From NCBI RefSeq assembly GCF_000829235.1, contig NZ_AP012549.1:1076197-1108196 (forward strand): DNA of 32,000 nt, given 5' to 3'. Position 1 is the first letter of the stretch; every line of letters starts with the position of its first letter. Under the pieces are notes generated by a model that searched no databases, was not told the DNA's origin, and worked only from the letters and a program-made list of their open reading frames with translations. The stretch comes from a cyanobacterium endosymbiont of Epithemia turgida isolate EtSB Lake Yunoko (lineage in GTDB: Bacteria; Cyanobacteriota; Cyanobacteriia; Cyanobacteriales; Microcystaceae). Positions 19,625 to 30,215 of this stretch are shown in pieces. The position numbers were made by a program, and so were the translations under genes.

Positions 19625-20573
19625 CAATTGAGTAGCTTACAATAACAATACTGTAGAAACTCAATTAATTACGTCTTCATCAGTTCTTAAATTAATAACT
19701 TCATTGATAGACTAATTGAATTTTATGAAATTTTTGAGTTAGCAAATATTCTTCTATTTTTGTCCAACAGGTTTTAATAAAGTTTAAATCAGGACAATAA
19801 TAAAATACAACTTTTACTTTTTACTTCTATATATTCCATCAGGTTTATATTTTTCGTAGCTTCATAAATTTTAAAAATATTCCTAATTGCATAGACTTTT
19901 GGCTAGCTACTTCTATAGTAGAAGTACTTTCCCTATCGAAGTAAAAACAGCTTTTATATTTATACATTTTTTATATTAAAAAATTTATAAAAACCTGGTA
20001 TAAAGATAGATTGAATTAATATAATATTTTTGCCTACTTTCCTTCAAAGAAGACTTACTAAATTGAGTTTAATTAGTCAGTCTAACTAACTTTTGAACAA
20101 AATATATCCTTTGAATATAAATGTTTGCCTTAAATATAGTTTTAGACAGAGTTAGGATAATCCATATTTCTTGGAGTTCACTTTCAAGCTAGTACGTGGT
20201 TTTTTCCAATTAAATAACGATATTTATTTAACTAGATAAGAAATAGATAATAAAAAAATTTTCTGTCATGAGAAAGAATCTGCTAGTGTATAAAGTTCTT
20301 TAAAGGTGCAATGTCTTGATACAGGAAAAGTAATTGCAACAGCGATAATTTTTTTATAAACAGAGATAATCTCTTTTTTCTTGAAAAAGGTTTGTAAATT
20401 GAGGAACTAAATGACAATACAACAATACTCAAATCTTTGATAGAAGTAATTTTACTCAAAAGATACTATTGAGACTATATTCTATATCCATGGTACTATA
20501 CCTCAATAAATACCACTTTTAGTTAGATTAGAATAGAGCTGCTTCCCCATCTTTCTACAACTTTTTATCAAAC

Positions 20574-21050
20574 TCAAGTTTCATAAACATCATCAGAGGG
20601 TAAATTAGGTTGTTGAGAAGCTTCAACCGCGAGGTAATCGCAATATTCATTTTCTGGGTTTCCTGCATGACCTTTAACCCAAACAAAATCAACCTGATGC
20701 TTCTCGCATAAGTCTAGTAATTGTTGCCAAAGATCGGGGTTTTTAGCGGATTCTTTCTTGTTGCGCTTCCAACTGTTGTCCCGCCATTTTTTCGCCCATC
20801 CTTTAACGATAGCATCAACTAAGTAGCGAGAGTCAGTATAAAGAGTAACATCACATTTTATGTTAAGAGTTTCTAGCCCAACAATTGCCGCCATCATTTC
20901 CATACGATTATTGGTAGTTAAACGAAAGCCTCCTGATAATTTTTTTCGGTATTCGTTATAAATCAAAAGGGTTCCATAGCCCCCTGCACCAGGATTTCCC
21001 GAACAAGCTCCATCCGTGTAAATTAAAACTTTTTTGAGAGAATTATTCAT
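20574..21050 (-). CDS. rnhA: Ribonuclease HI
   Basis: This 158-aa ORF has the catalytic D-E-D-D context: [30 protein letters not shown] and [16 protein letters not shown]. Confidence 0.92.
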   Translation of the reverse strand: MNNSLKKVLIYTDGACSGNPGAGGYGTLLIYNEYRKKLSGGFRLTTNNRMEMMAAIVGLETLNIKCDVTLYTDSRYLVDAIVKGWAKKWRDNSWKRNKKESAKNPDLWQQLLDLCEKHQVDFVWVKGHAGNPENEYCDYLAVEASQQPNLPSDDVYET

Positions 21051-21140
21051 AACTTAACCACTTCTTCTATTAATTGACTAAAAAAAATCCGTTAAGATGG
21101 ACGTAGTTGATACTTTTTTTAGGAAAGATTTAGATTAAAC

Positions 21141-22658
21141 TTAAGAATCTGTATCGACATCAACGTTACTAAGAGTAATGCTTTGTCTATCACTAAAACT
21201 ATCGGATTCTTTCACGAAACCATGATAAGCTTCCATGCCATGTTCACCTATATCTAGTCCGTTTATTTCCTCTTCTTGAGTAATACGGGTGCCCAAAGTG
21301 ACCTCAAGAACTATCCAAACTACGCCACTGAAAATGACAGTAAAGACTCCAATGGAAATAATACCAACAATTTGATTAATTAATTGACCAATACCACCGC
21401 CATAAAAAAGACCCACTTTTGTGTCAAAAAAACCAACTGCTAAAGTCCCCCAAATTCCGTTGACTAGATGAACAGAAATAGCCCCAACAGGATCATCAAT
21501 TTTCACAACAGAGTCAAAGAAATCAACAGAGTAGACGACAATCACTCCGGCGATTGCTCCTATAACAACAGCTCCGAAATAGGAAACCCCATCACAACCG
21601 GCAGTAATTCCTACTAAACCGGAAAGAATACCATTGATAATCATAGGAAGATCGGGCTTTTTGTTCTTAAACCAAACGACTAAAGTGGCTGCTATACCAC
21701 CACTAGCAGCAGCTAGGTTAGTGGTAACAGCGATATAAGGAACCATTTCATCGGCTGATAATTGAGAACCTGAGTTAAACCCAAACCAGCCAATCCAAAG
21801 AATGAGACAGCCCAAGGTAGCAATACTCATATTGTGGCCAGGAATAGTTTGAGGACGACCATAGACATACTTACCCATTCGAGGACCAAGAATAGCAGCC
21901 CCAACCAAACCAGCCCAACCTCCGACGGAGTGAACCACTGTAGAACCGGCAAAGTCTTTGAAGTTACCTAACCAACCACCTCCCCAAACCCAGTGGCCAG
22001 TGACAGAATAAGAGACTGCTACTAACAATAGACTAAAAATTAAAAAGTCAATAGATTTAATCCGTTCAGCCACAGCTCCTGAAACAATAGTAGCGGTAGT
22101 TATGGCAAATGCGGCTTGAAACAAAAAGGCAACTGAAATAGGCAGTCCAGTCGGAAACGGATCAAGTCCATAAGTTGCAGGATTATCACTACTTAAAAAC
22201 CAACCACCACCTCCAATAATGGGGTTGTCAGGACTACCAAACATCAAAGAAAATCCGATTGCCCAATAAGCGAGGATTGATAAGGCTAAGACAATCAAAT
22301 TTTTTGAGAGGATGTTGACGGCATTTTTCCGACGACAGAAACCTGTTTCGAGCATCCCGAAACCTGCATTCATGCCAATGACCAAAATGGCGGCAATTAA
22401 CACCCAAATAGCATTGAGGGTTCCCTGAAGGGTTGCTATATTAGTATTGATGTTTTCAATAGCAATTCCAGTAGTTTCTGCATCTTGTGCGGCTATTGCT
22501 CCATGCCAAATAATGACAATAATGGCAGTCAAGGGGATACAAGCCAGCCAGTAGGGAGAAAAAAGATGGGCAGTAGACTTAAATAATTTCCCATAGGACA
22601 TATCCCATAAACAAGGAAAAGTCTTAGAAACGGCTTTAATCGTTCTCATTGATCGCAT
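21141..22658 (-). CDS. amt: Ammonium transporter (Amt family) with an N-terminal signal-like extension
   Basis: This 505-aa ORF carries the Amt signatures [67 protein letters not shown] and GFNSGS. The exact start codon is uncertain. Confidence 0.93.
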   Translation of the reverse strand: MRSMRTIKAVSKTFPCLWDMSYGKLFKSTAHLFSPYWLACIPLTAIIVIIWHGAIAAQDAETTGIAIENINTNIATLQGTLNAIWVLIAAILVIGMNAGFGMLETGFCRRKNAVNILSKNLIVLALSILAYWAIGFSLMFGSPDNPIIGGGGWFLSSDNPATYGLDPFPTGLPISVAFLFQAAFAITTATIVSGAVAERIKSIDFLIFSLLLVAVSYSVTGHWVWGGGWLGNFKDFAGSTVVHSVGGWAGLVGAAILGPRMGKYVYGRPQTIPGHNMSIATLGCLILWIGWFGFNSGSQLSADEMVPYIAVTTNLAAASGGIAATLVVWFKNKKPDLPMIINGILSGLVGITAGCDGVSYFGAVVIGAIAGVIVVYSVDFFDSVVKIDDPVGAISVHLVNGIWGTLAVGFFDTKVGLFYGGGIGQLINQIVGIISIGVFTVIFSGVVWIVLEVTLGTRITQEEEINGLDIGEHGMEAYHGFVKESDSFSDRQSITLSNVDVDTDS

Positions 22659-22858
22659 TTTAGTTAATATTCGATGAGAGGTTTCATTGAGTTAAATTGA
22701 CTCTATCCATGTCGGACATGATAGCGAGATTATTCAATAAAATCAGCAAATGTTTGTGTGTTATGACTGCTCGCCTTGTTTTTGTCCTTAATTTTATTGT
22801 CTAAACTATAAACATAACCGACAAATCCTTCTAACATAGCAGATTAGAGTTATATCAA

Positions 22859-22922
22859 CCTAAATTGACTGTTAGTATAGTAATACCTAAAAGGGGATTG
22901 CTATATTAACAGTCAATTTAGG
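22859..22922. repeat. 22-bp inverted repeat (16 perfect + G-T + 5), 20-nt loop, in the amt/ribD divergent intergenic region
   Basis: cctaaattgactgttagtatag (22859..22880) pairs with ctatattaacagtcaatttagg (22901..22922). The only non-Watson-Crick pair is g22875-t22906. The repeat lies 201 nt from the amt start and 48 nt from the ribD start. Confidence 0.85.
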
Positions 22923-22969
22923 CTTGGTACATCTCAAAGTTTTTATAATTTTTTGACTCTAACGAAATC

Positions 22970-24052
22970 ATGAATCAGTTAGACTTTGACCGAAAAATAA
23001 TGCAACGATGTTTACAATTAGCCCAGCAAGGGTTAGGACAAACTTCTCCTAATCCTTTAGTAGGATCAGTAATTGTCCAAAATTGGAAAATAGTAGGTGA
23101 AGGTTTTCATCCCAAAGCTGGATCTTCTCACGCCGAGATTTTGGCCCTACAAAATGCGCAGGAAAAAGCAAAAGAAGCGACAGTTTATGTTAACCTCGAG
23201 CCCTGCAATCATTATGGTCGGACTCCTCCCTGTACAGAGGCTTTGATTAAAGCAGGGGTTAAGAAAGTAGTTATCGGTATGGTTGACCCTAATCCTTTAG
23301 TTTCAGGAAAAGGGATCGAAAAACTCAAACAAAGTGGAATTGAGGTGGTGATTGGAGTAGAAGAAGCCGCATGTCGTCAGTTAAATGAAGCCTTTATTCA
23401 TCGTGTTTTATATCAAAAACCCTTGGGGATTTTAAAGTATGCTATGACCCTTGATGGTAAAATCGCTGCGACTACAGGTCATAGTACTTGGGTAACGGGA
23501 AAATCATCGCGTCGTTTAGTCCATCAAGTTAGAGCAGCTTGTGACGCAGTAGTAGTTGGTGGCAATACAGTTCGACAAGATAACCCTAATTTAACTACCC
23601 ATCAGGTGGGAGGGTCTAATCCTTTACGGGTGGTAATGAGTCGTAGTCTTGATTTACCTCTTCAAGCAAATCTTTGGCAAACAGATATTGCCCCTACGTT
23701 AGTCTTTACAGAAATAAATAGTAATCCCATGTTTCAAGAAAAATTAAGTCATCAAGGGATTGAAGTAATAGAATTAACTTCCTTGACTCCATTAGAGGTG
23801 ATGAAAGTTCTTTATCAAAAGGAAATATCCAGTGTTTTATGGGAATGTGGGGAAACATTAGCAGCACATGCGATCGCTGATGGGGTGATTCAAAAAATTA
23901 TGGCTTTTATTGCTCCTAAAATTATTGGCGGTTTAACATCTCCTTCACCCATAGGAGAGTTAGGATTGAAACAGATGACTGAAGCGTTAGAAATACAAAA
24001 AATTACTTTAAGTCAAATTGATCAAGATATTTTAGTTGAAGGATATTTATAA
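22970..24052 (+). CDS. ribD: Bifunctional riboflavin biosynthesis protein RibD (pyrimidine deaminase / uracil reductase)
   Basis: This 360-aa ORF has the CMP/dCMP-type deaminase zinc motifs HAEILAL and PCNHYGRTPPC. A C-terminal RibD reductase domain follows (KYAMTLDGKIA...). Confidence 0.93.
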   Translation: MNQLDFDRKIMQRCLQLAQQGLGQTSPNPLVGSVIVQNWKIVGEGFHPKAGSSHAEILALQNAQEKAKEATVYVNLEPCNHYGRTPPCTEALIKAGVKKVVIGMVDPNPLVSGKGIEKLKQSGIEVVIGVEEAACRQLNEAFIHRVLYQKPLGILKYAMTLDGKIAATTGHSTWVTGKSSRRLVHQVRAACDAVVVGGNTVRQDNPNLTTHQVGGSNPLRVVMSRSLDLPLQANLWQTDIAPTLVFTEINSNPMFQEKLSHQGIEVIELTSLTPLEVMKVLYQKEISSVLWECGETLAAHAIADGVIQKIMAFIAPKIIGGLTSPSPIGELGLKQMTEALEIQKITLSQIDQDILVEGYL

Positions 24053-25297
24053 ATTGTTAATCGATAACTTAGCATTATAGCTCTTGTGAACTGAGTATGA
24101 TCAGTTAATAACTTCCAAAACTTTTATTCCGGCTATATTCTATGATGTTGTTATAGCCAGTTTCAAAGGAACATGGTGATTTAATTGGGTTCAAATTGGT
24201 CGAGTTTGTTAGGAAACTTATTTGTACAAGACCGGTCAACTAGGACTAGGAAAATAGGTTGACTGCTTAAGTCCATACTTGTCAATACTAAGGCAGTGAT
24301 TTTAGATGTAATTTAAATTGGTTAAAAATGACTTGTAAATAACATTGGTAATGTATAGTTAATAACTATACCTAAATTAATTATTAAAATTATCTCTCTT
24401 AATTAACTTAATGAATGGCGCAACAAAGATGTTAAGTTTAAGCTATATCAACCTCATTGAGTTCAGAATTAATATTTTATAGCTGAAATAATAGTTGATT
24501 AGTTTTAAATAATGAATGAGCAATCCCAAAAAAGTTTAAAAAAATTTAAATTAATTTAATCAATGGAACTGCGTATTATAGTTAGGCACTTAATAAAGTC
24601 TGATAACGTTATTAAACGATACTACTGTCTACAGTGATATTATTATATTATTTTTTACTGCTAATTCTTTCAAAATTTTATTCACTATTGTCTTTTCTGA
24701 ACAAATTTAACTTAGTTAAATAAATAATTAAAGAAAAAAATACTAAGGATAGCAATTAGAAGTAATTCTAGATAAAGGAATGTTTGGTTAAGTTCAACAG
24801 GTTAAAGGTTAACAATTGGGACTATAGTTTCTTTCCATAAGGTTCTCTTGTCGTTGAGCAAACCGTACAGCGGAGATACCGCCAATGGAGAAGACTGTAG
24901 AAACAGCTAACACATGAACGGACAGCAATCTTACGGTGAAATGGTGTTTTTCTGAATTTAGCTATCAACAGCCTCACAAAGCTTAGATGTTTTCAGTTAT
25001 TAAACTTGTTTGAGAATTAACTCCCCTAATAGGGCAGTCAAAAGTACTTTTTTGTTAACAAAATATATAGGGTTTACTCATAAACACAAGCTACCTTGGC
25101 TCTTTATATCCACATTTGTGCAGGTATACTCCTTTCTGAAAAATTATGGGAAAGCTCTCCGTAAAATTTATTGCGCTTTGACTGGTAACCGAAGGATAGA
25201 AGTGTGGAGAAACATAACTTAAATAGGGACTGGACCATATTTGTTCCCCTACGAGTAGGTTGTTAAAAATACTTGATTAAAAATCTCCTCTTCACCC

Positions 25298-25327
25298 TTG
25301 GCAAATTTGGAATTAATATGAGATAAT
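25298..25327 (+). promoter_or_regulatory. Candidate sigma-70 promoter for rpmG-rpsR
   Basis: TTGGCA (25298..25303) is followed by an 18-nt spacer and GATAAT (25322..25327). The motif ends 53 nt upstream of the rpmG ATG. This is a sequence match only. Confidence 0.3.
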
Positions 25328-25380
25328 GTACATTTATATGTTAAAATAAGTAATTACCCATTTGCTAAGTAAGATAGACT

Positions 25381-25575
25381 ATGGCCGCTAAAAAAGGAGT
25401 ACGTATCGTCATTACCTTGGAGTGTACTGAGTGTCGGACAAACACAGAAAAACGCTCATCAGGGGTTTCTCGCTATACTACAAGCAAGAATCGCCGTAAC
25501 ACCACAGCGAGAATGGAAATTAAAAAGTTCTGTCCCCATTGTAATACTCACACCATACATAAGGAAATCAAATAG
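25381..25575 (+). CDS. rpmG: 50S ribosomal protein L33
   Basis: This 64-aa ORF has the zinc-ribbon pairs CTEC and CPHC and the pattern [25 protein letters not shown]. Confidence 0.95.
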   Translation: MAAKKGVRIVITLECTECRTNTEKRSSGVSRYTTSKNRRNTTARMEIKKFCPHCNTHTIHKEIK

Positions 25576-25617
25576 TCATCGGTCGTCGTAAAGTCTGTAA
25601 ACAATTAAACCAAACAT

Positions 25618-25833
25618 ATGAGTTACTATCGTAAGCGTCTTTCTCCCATACCTCCGAGTCAACCCATTGACTATAAAGACACAGAACTCCTAAGAAAGTT
25701 CATCACAGAACGGGGGAAAATTTTACCCCGACGGATTACAGGGTTGACAGCCAAACAACAACGGGACTTAACGACTTCTGTGAAAAGAGCTAGACTTATT
25801 GCTTTGTTACCTTTCGTAAACAAAGAAGCATAA
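25618..25833 (+). CDS. rpsR: 30S ribosomal protein S18
   Basis: This 71-aa ORF reads [50 protein letters not shown], the canonical S18 core. Confidence 0.95.
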   Translation: MSYYRKRLSPIPPSQPIDYKDTELLRKFITERGKILPRRITGLTAKQQRDLTTSVKRARLIALLPFVNKEA

Positions 25834-26103
25834 GTTAAGATTGAAGCTATCACTCAAAACCTTATGACTTAAGCAAGAGATGGAGTAAGAATTGGTCTTC
25901 GTTCTACTAAATGAAGTCGGTCAACTTGAGGAAGTGAACTGGAGTGGAAGTAAGCATAACAAAAAAGTTTAAGAGATTCTACCACAGGTAAGAACTATCG
26001 GTAATTCCGTTAATGTTAACTCTGAGATTAAAAGTCACACATGATCTAAAACCGTCAAGCTAGACTCAATAGTAAAAAGACGGGACTCCTAAATCAAGGA
26101 GGA

Positions 26104-28146
26104 ATGTTAATAGTTAAGGCAGCAAAGCGGGTGGAAAAAGGAAAACTCATTGAATTTAGGGTACAGGGAGAACGTCGTATTGCAGTCGTTGACCGCCCAG
26201 AAGGAAAAAAAGATTGGATGGTCATTGATGTTGAAGGTCAATCCCATAAAATTCGACCTCAACGGGTAGAATATGAGATAAATGGAAGTTCCTACACAAT
26301 TAAAGATATTCCCCAGTTTTTACAAGAAGTTGAACCCTACCTTGACCCCTCTAGTTTAGAAGTGGCTTGGGAGTTGCTAGTAGAAAATGGACAGGGGGTG
26401 ACTCCTTCTGAAATGGCGCAATTGCTGTTTTCTGAAGCTTCTCCAGCTCACTGTTATGCAGCTCACAGTTTATTGTGTGACGATAAAATTTACTTTAAGA
26501 AAAAAGGGGCTAGTTACGAGCCGAGAACCAGTGGTCAAGTTGAAGAAATCAAACATCAACTAGAGGTTAAACAGCAACGTCAGCAAGAAAAAGAAGTATT
26601 TTTAACTAACATAGAAAAAGCTCTGGCAGGGCAAGAGATTGATTGGGCAGAAAGCGATCATAATCGTTTGGAATTGTTAGAACGCTTAGTTTTACAGCCG
26701 GAACAAGCCAATCGTAATTCTCAAGAAATTTTAGATGAAATTGGACGACCTCCTACTCCAGAAGCGGCTTTTAAGTTGTTAGTAGAATTAGGATGGTGGA
26801 GTCGTAACGAAAACCTATTTCTGCGGCGTAGTTCTTATCCAATTCAATTTTCTAGAAAGGTACTTGACGTGGTGCAATTCTATTTAGAAAACCCTCCTCC
26901 TGATCGAGACAGTAATCGCCTTGATTTAACCCATCTCAAAGTCTATACCATCGATGATGAAAGTACTGAAGAAATTGACGACGGGTTGAGTGTGGAATTC
27001 TTAGGGGATGATCAGATCAAACTCTGGATTCATATCGCCGATCCAACTCGTCTAGTGACCCCAGGAGACGAATTAGATTTGGAAGCGCGAAGACGAAGTA
27101 CCACCCTCTATTTACCTACGGGTATGATTTCTATGTTTCCGATAGAATTGGCAACTGGCCCAATGAGTTTACGCCAGGGTAAAATCTGTCCGGCCTTAAG
27201 TTTTGGCGTAATTTTAGATGATAAAGGAGCAGTTCTTGATTATTCGATCCACGCCAGTTTAATTAAACCAACCTATCGCCTTACATATCATGATGTAGAT
27301 GAGATGTTTCACTTAGCTATTAAAGCTGAACCAGAGATCCCTATCCTGGCTGACGCTTCCAAGCAGCGACATCGATGGCGGAAGTCTCAAGGATCGATTA
27401 CTATCAAGATGCCAGAGGCAGTTATTAAAGTTAAATCCGAAGATGATATTGTAATCGAACTGATTGATAGTTCAAGAGCAAGACAATTAGTCGCAGAAAT
27501 GATGATTTTAGCCGGGGAAGTGGCTGGACGTTATTGTCAAGAACACAGTTTACCAGTTCCGTTTAGAGGACAGCCTCAACCAGAATTACCCCCAGAAGAA
27601 GAATTACTCTTATTACCTCCAGGACCTGTGAGAGCTTGTGCTTTGCGCCGTTGTATGCCTCGTAGTGAGATCGGAACTTTACCTAATAGACATGCAAGTC
27701 TAGGTTTAAATACTTATACTCAAGTGACCTCGCCCATTCGCCGTTATACGGATTTGTTAACTCATTTTCAACTTAAGGCACATTTACGGGGCGAGCCTTT
27801 TCCATTTCCCCTTGATGTTATGCAACAGATTATTTATAGCGTGACTTTATCAGCGCAAGAGGCGACGTTAGTAGAACGACAAACTAATCGTTATTGGGGA
27901 TTAGAGTTTTTGCGACGTAATGCTGATCAAATTTGGCAAGGAGTAGTTTTGCGTTGGTTGCGAGAAGATGAAAATTTAGGAATCTTGTTACTCGAAGAAT
28001 TAGGATTAGAATTGCCTCACCGCTTTGAAAGGGCTGTATCTTTGGGTGATCGCTTGTTGGTTCAGGTTAGTCGTTCTGATCCTCATCGTGATGAGATTCG
28101 CTTTCGAGAGATGCCTAAACACGAAGTCCAATCAAGTATGATTTAA
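26104..28146 (+). CDS. rnb: Exoribonuclease, RNase II / RNase R (RNB) family
   Basis: This 680-aa ORF has the RNB catalytic motifs YTIDDESTEEIDDGLS and YTQVTSPIRRYTDLLTHFQLKA, plus a C-terminal S1-like segment. ATG 26104 has AGGAGG only 1 nt upstream. The in-frame GTG 26131 (VEKGKLIEFRV...) is an alternative start. Confidence 0.9.
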   Translation: MLIVKAAKRVEKGKLIEFRVQGERRIAVVDRPEGKKDWMVIDVEGQSHKIRPQRVEYEINGSSYTIKDIPQFLQEVEPYLDPSSLEVAWELLVENGQGVTPSEMAQLLFSEASPAHCYAAHSLLCDDKIYFKKKGASYEPRTSGQVEEIKHQLEVKQQRQQEKEVFLTNIEKALAGQEIDWAESDHNRLELLERLVLQPEQANRNSQEILDEIGRPPTPEAAFKLLVELGWWSRNENLFLRRSSYPIQFSRKVLDVVQFYLENPPPDRDSNRLDLTHLKVYTIDDESTEEIDDGLSVEFLGDDQIKLWIHIADPTRLVTPGDELDLEARRRSTTLYLPTGMISMFPIELATGPMSLRQGKICPALSFGVILDDKGAVLDYSIHASLIKPTYRLTYHDVDEMFHLAIKAEPEIPILADASKQRHRWRKSQGSITIKMPEAVIKVKSEDDIVIELIDSSRARQLVAEMMILAGEVAGRYCQEHSLPVPFRGQPQPELPPEEELLLLPPGPVRACALRRCMPRSEIGTLPNRHASLGLNTYTQVTSPIRRYTDLLTHFQLKAHLRGEPFPFPLDVMQQIIYSVTLSAQEATLVERQTNRYWGLEFLRRNADQIWQGVVLRWLREDENLGILLLEELGLELPHRFERAVSLGDRLLVQVSRSDPHRDEIRFREMPKHEVQSSMI

Positions 28147-28781
28147 AATTAGTGCAATAGGTCAATTTGATCTTTCTATAGGAGATTTGTTCAAGTGCTA
28201 GAAGTATATGATTTATTCTTATTTTCTTTTATATTATCAAATATTTTTATAGAAAAAATCGTCATAAATTAGTTATTTAATTACCTCTCATATTCTTGTT
28301 TGTTTTAGTCTAATTTCTTTATTTTTAACTAAAATATTTAAACTTTCTCTTGGATACAGAAATTATTTTTTAGTTAGATTAGTTGTAATATCTAGATTTT
28401 TCTATAAAAATAACTAAAAAAATATAATAATAGTTACATCAGTTTTAAATTAAAAATTAACAAGCTTATAAAGCTTAAAACCTCAAATGAAGGTGTAAGC
28501 TAAAGTAAACCATAAGCGTAAACAATAAAAGACAAAAGAATCTGTTATATTTATAAAATATTCGCTAATTGATGGTAGGGAAAATCAAAAATTGATTGAA
28601 ATATTAGCTAACAGGTTTAAAATTTCCAGATTTTAAATAGTTGTTAAATCGGTAATATACTCTCAAAAAAAATTGATTGATGTAAAATGATAATAAAAAA
28701 ATATTTGCTGTTCCTAATTTTTAGGATAGAAAAACAAAATTTGGTAATGAAAAATTAAATTATAGCAACAAGTCAAATATT

Positions 28782-29075
28782 TTGGATGGTTTTATGAATC
28801 AGTATTTATCTCAGCTTGATGAGAACAAATCCAGTGATGACTCAGGGAACCATAGTTTAAACTTTAACCGCTGGCAGATAGGTAAGAGAAAGAATTCTCA
28901 CCACCTTGACTCACATTTAACTAAAGGTAAACATTTAAGGAAGCTAAAGAAAAAGTGGGTAGTGAAATTGCTGAAATTGCGCAACTTACAATGACTCCAA
29001 ACTATTGGACCTCAATTATAACCTAATTACAAATATTAGGATAATCAGCAAATATAGGGTATTTGGAAATAAATA
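28782..29075 (+). pseudogene. Possible relic of a leucine-rich-repeat protein gene
   Basis: The clearest piece is 28999..29037, KLLDLNYNLITNI, which fits LxxLxLxxNxIxxI. Upstream pieces lie in other frames: EIAEIAQLT, RNLQ*, ILTTLTHI*LKVNI and LNFNRWQI. They look like shifted LRR units broken by stops, but the repeat spacing is not clean. Confidence 0.25.
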
Positions 29076-29469
29076 ATGTGATTGTTTTTGACCAAAGAAT
29101 AAGTGGGGACATAATTTAGAGAAAACGGTGAAATCAGGGGTGACTTATCATTGATGGAGTTAGTTCTACGTACATCGAATTAGCGATCTCGGTGGTTCAA
29201 AAAGAAGTCTTCTCTCAAGCTACAGAAAACTCATAGCAACAAGTATAAGTCGTTTCAGAAGTCCTGAACTAGACTGCCAAGTAATCGCTAGGATTAGGAT
29301 TGATGAAACTAATATTCCCCATTCTAGATTATTGCAAACTGAATAGCGCTAAACAAGAGCCTCTGATGCTAATATGCCAATGATTTTGGAAAAACAGAAC
29401 GTAAGAGCTTCTGTTACTCTAAAAATAGCCACTAACCATTCAACTAACTAACTGTTTAGGAAACATCAA

Positions 29470-30123
29470 ATGACAAGTTACACAACAACGATTACCGAAG
29501 CCAGAGAATTATTTCGTGCTGCCTATGACAATCGCTATACTTGGGATATAAATTTTCCAGGGTATGCAGCAAATGTGATTTATAAACGAAAAGATAAGAT
29601 TTTTACTGGTCAAGTTCGAGTTAATCAGAATCTCAGTGCTGAGGTTTTAAATGTTGATGAACTTGAAATCAAAAAAGAACTTCATCATCAACTGTGGGAA
29701 ATTGCTATTCACCGTATTCGTCGAGCCTTTGAAGACACTCACGGACAGAATACCTTTACGTATGGGGAAACAGATGATACTGGTGCGGTAGAACTCTTTG
29801 TCGGTGGTAAGTCAGAAGGAGATAGCTACAAAGTTCGTAACAATGAAGTGTGTTATGTTCGTCGTCATATTCATAGCGTAGTCGTTACTATCAATACCTT
29901 TAGTAGCCATAATACAGGAGAAGGCTATTTGTCTCACCGTTATGATTCTGTTTACCACGATTCTAAAACTGGAGAACTTAAAGGTGAAATAAATAATTTC
30001 GAGGATAATTATGAAAAAGTAGGGAGGTATTATATTCTTGCCAGTCGTATTATCCAAACTAGAGAACAAAGAGAAATAACAACCGAAGTATTTAACTTTT
30101 ATAATATTCAGTTATTAAACTGA
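29470..30123 (+). CDS. Conserved cyanobacterial/plastid-lineage hypothetical protein, possibly DUF3386
   Basis: This 217-aa ORF has ordinary composition. Its N-terminal ARELFRAAYDNRYTWDINFPGY matches my recollection of the DUF3386 family, which I have not verified. A terminator hairpin lies 57 nt downstream. Confidence 0.8.
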   Translation: MTSYTTTITEARELFRAAYDNRYTWDINFPGYAANVIYKRKDKIFTGQVRVNQNLSAEVLNVDELEIKKELHHQLWEIAIHRIRRAFEDTHGQNTFTYGETDDTGAVELFVGGKSEGDSYKVRNNEVCYVRRHIHSVVVTINTFSSHNTGEGYLSHRYDSVYHDSKTGELKGEINNFEDNYEKVGRYYILASRIIQTREQREITTEVFNFYNIQLLN

Positions 30124-30180
30124 TAATAACTGGATTTGTATCCTTAACTTTAATATCACGATAGATATATATTATAGAAA

Positions 30181-30215
30181 CCAACCTTAGCACTGATGGC
30201 TAAGGTTGGGAGTTT
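30181..30215 (+). terminator. Intrinsic-terminator-like hairpin downstream of the 217-aa gene
   Basis: ccaaccttagc (30181..30191) pairs with gctaaggttgg (30199..30209) around a 7-nt loop and is followed by gagttt, a short T-run. Confidence 0.5.

Noticed and set aside
22873-22886. Possible NtcA box (TAGtatagtaaTAC) upstream of amt.
   Set aside because: The first half-site is mismatched against GTA-N8-TAC. A perfect GTA...TAC exists only with N6 spacing. The distance to any -10-like hexamer on the amt strand is about 18 nt rather than about 22. This is not enough to call.
25109-25211. Two DnaA-box-like nonamers (atatccaca at about 25109, tgtggagaa at about 25203) in an A+T-rich spacer, hinting at oriC.
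   Set aside because: Each has a mismatch to TTATCCACA. There are only two, about 90 nt apart, with no dnaA/dnaN nearby. Chance occurrence is likely.
25010-25222. 70-aa ORF with a TTG start upstream of rpmG.
   Set aside because: It has a non-ATG start, no SD and unconvincing composition. The region may be another gene relic, but I could not read a family in any frame.
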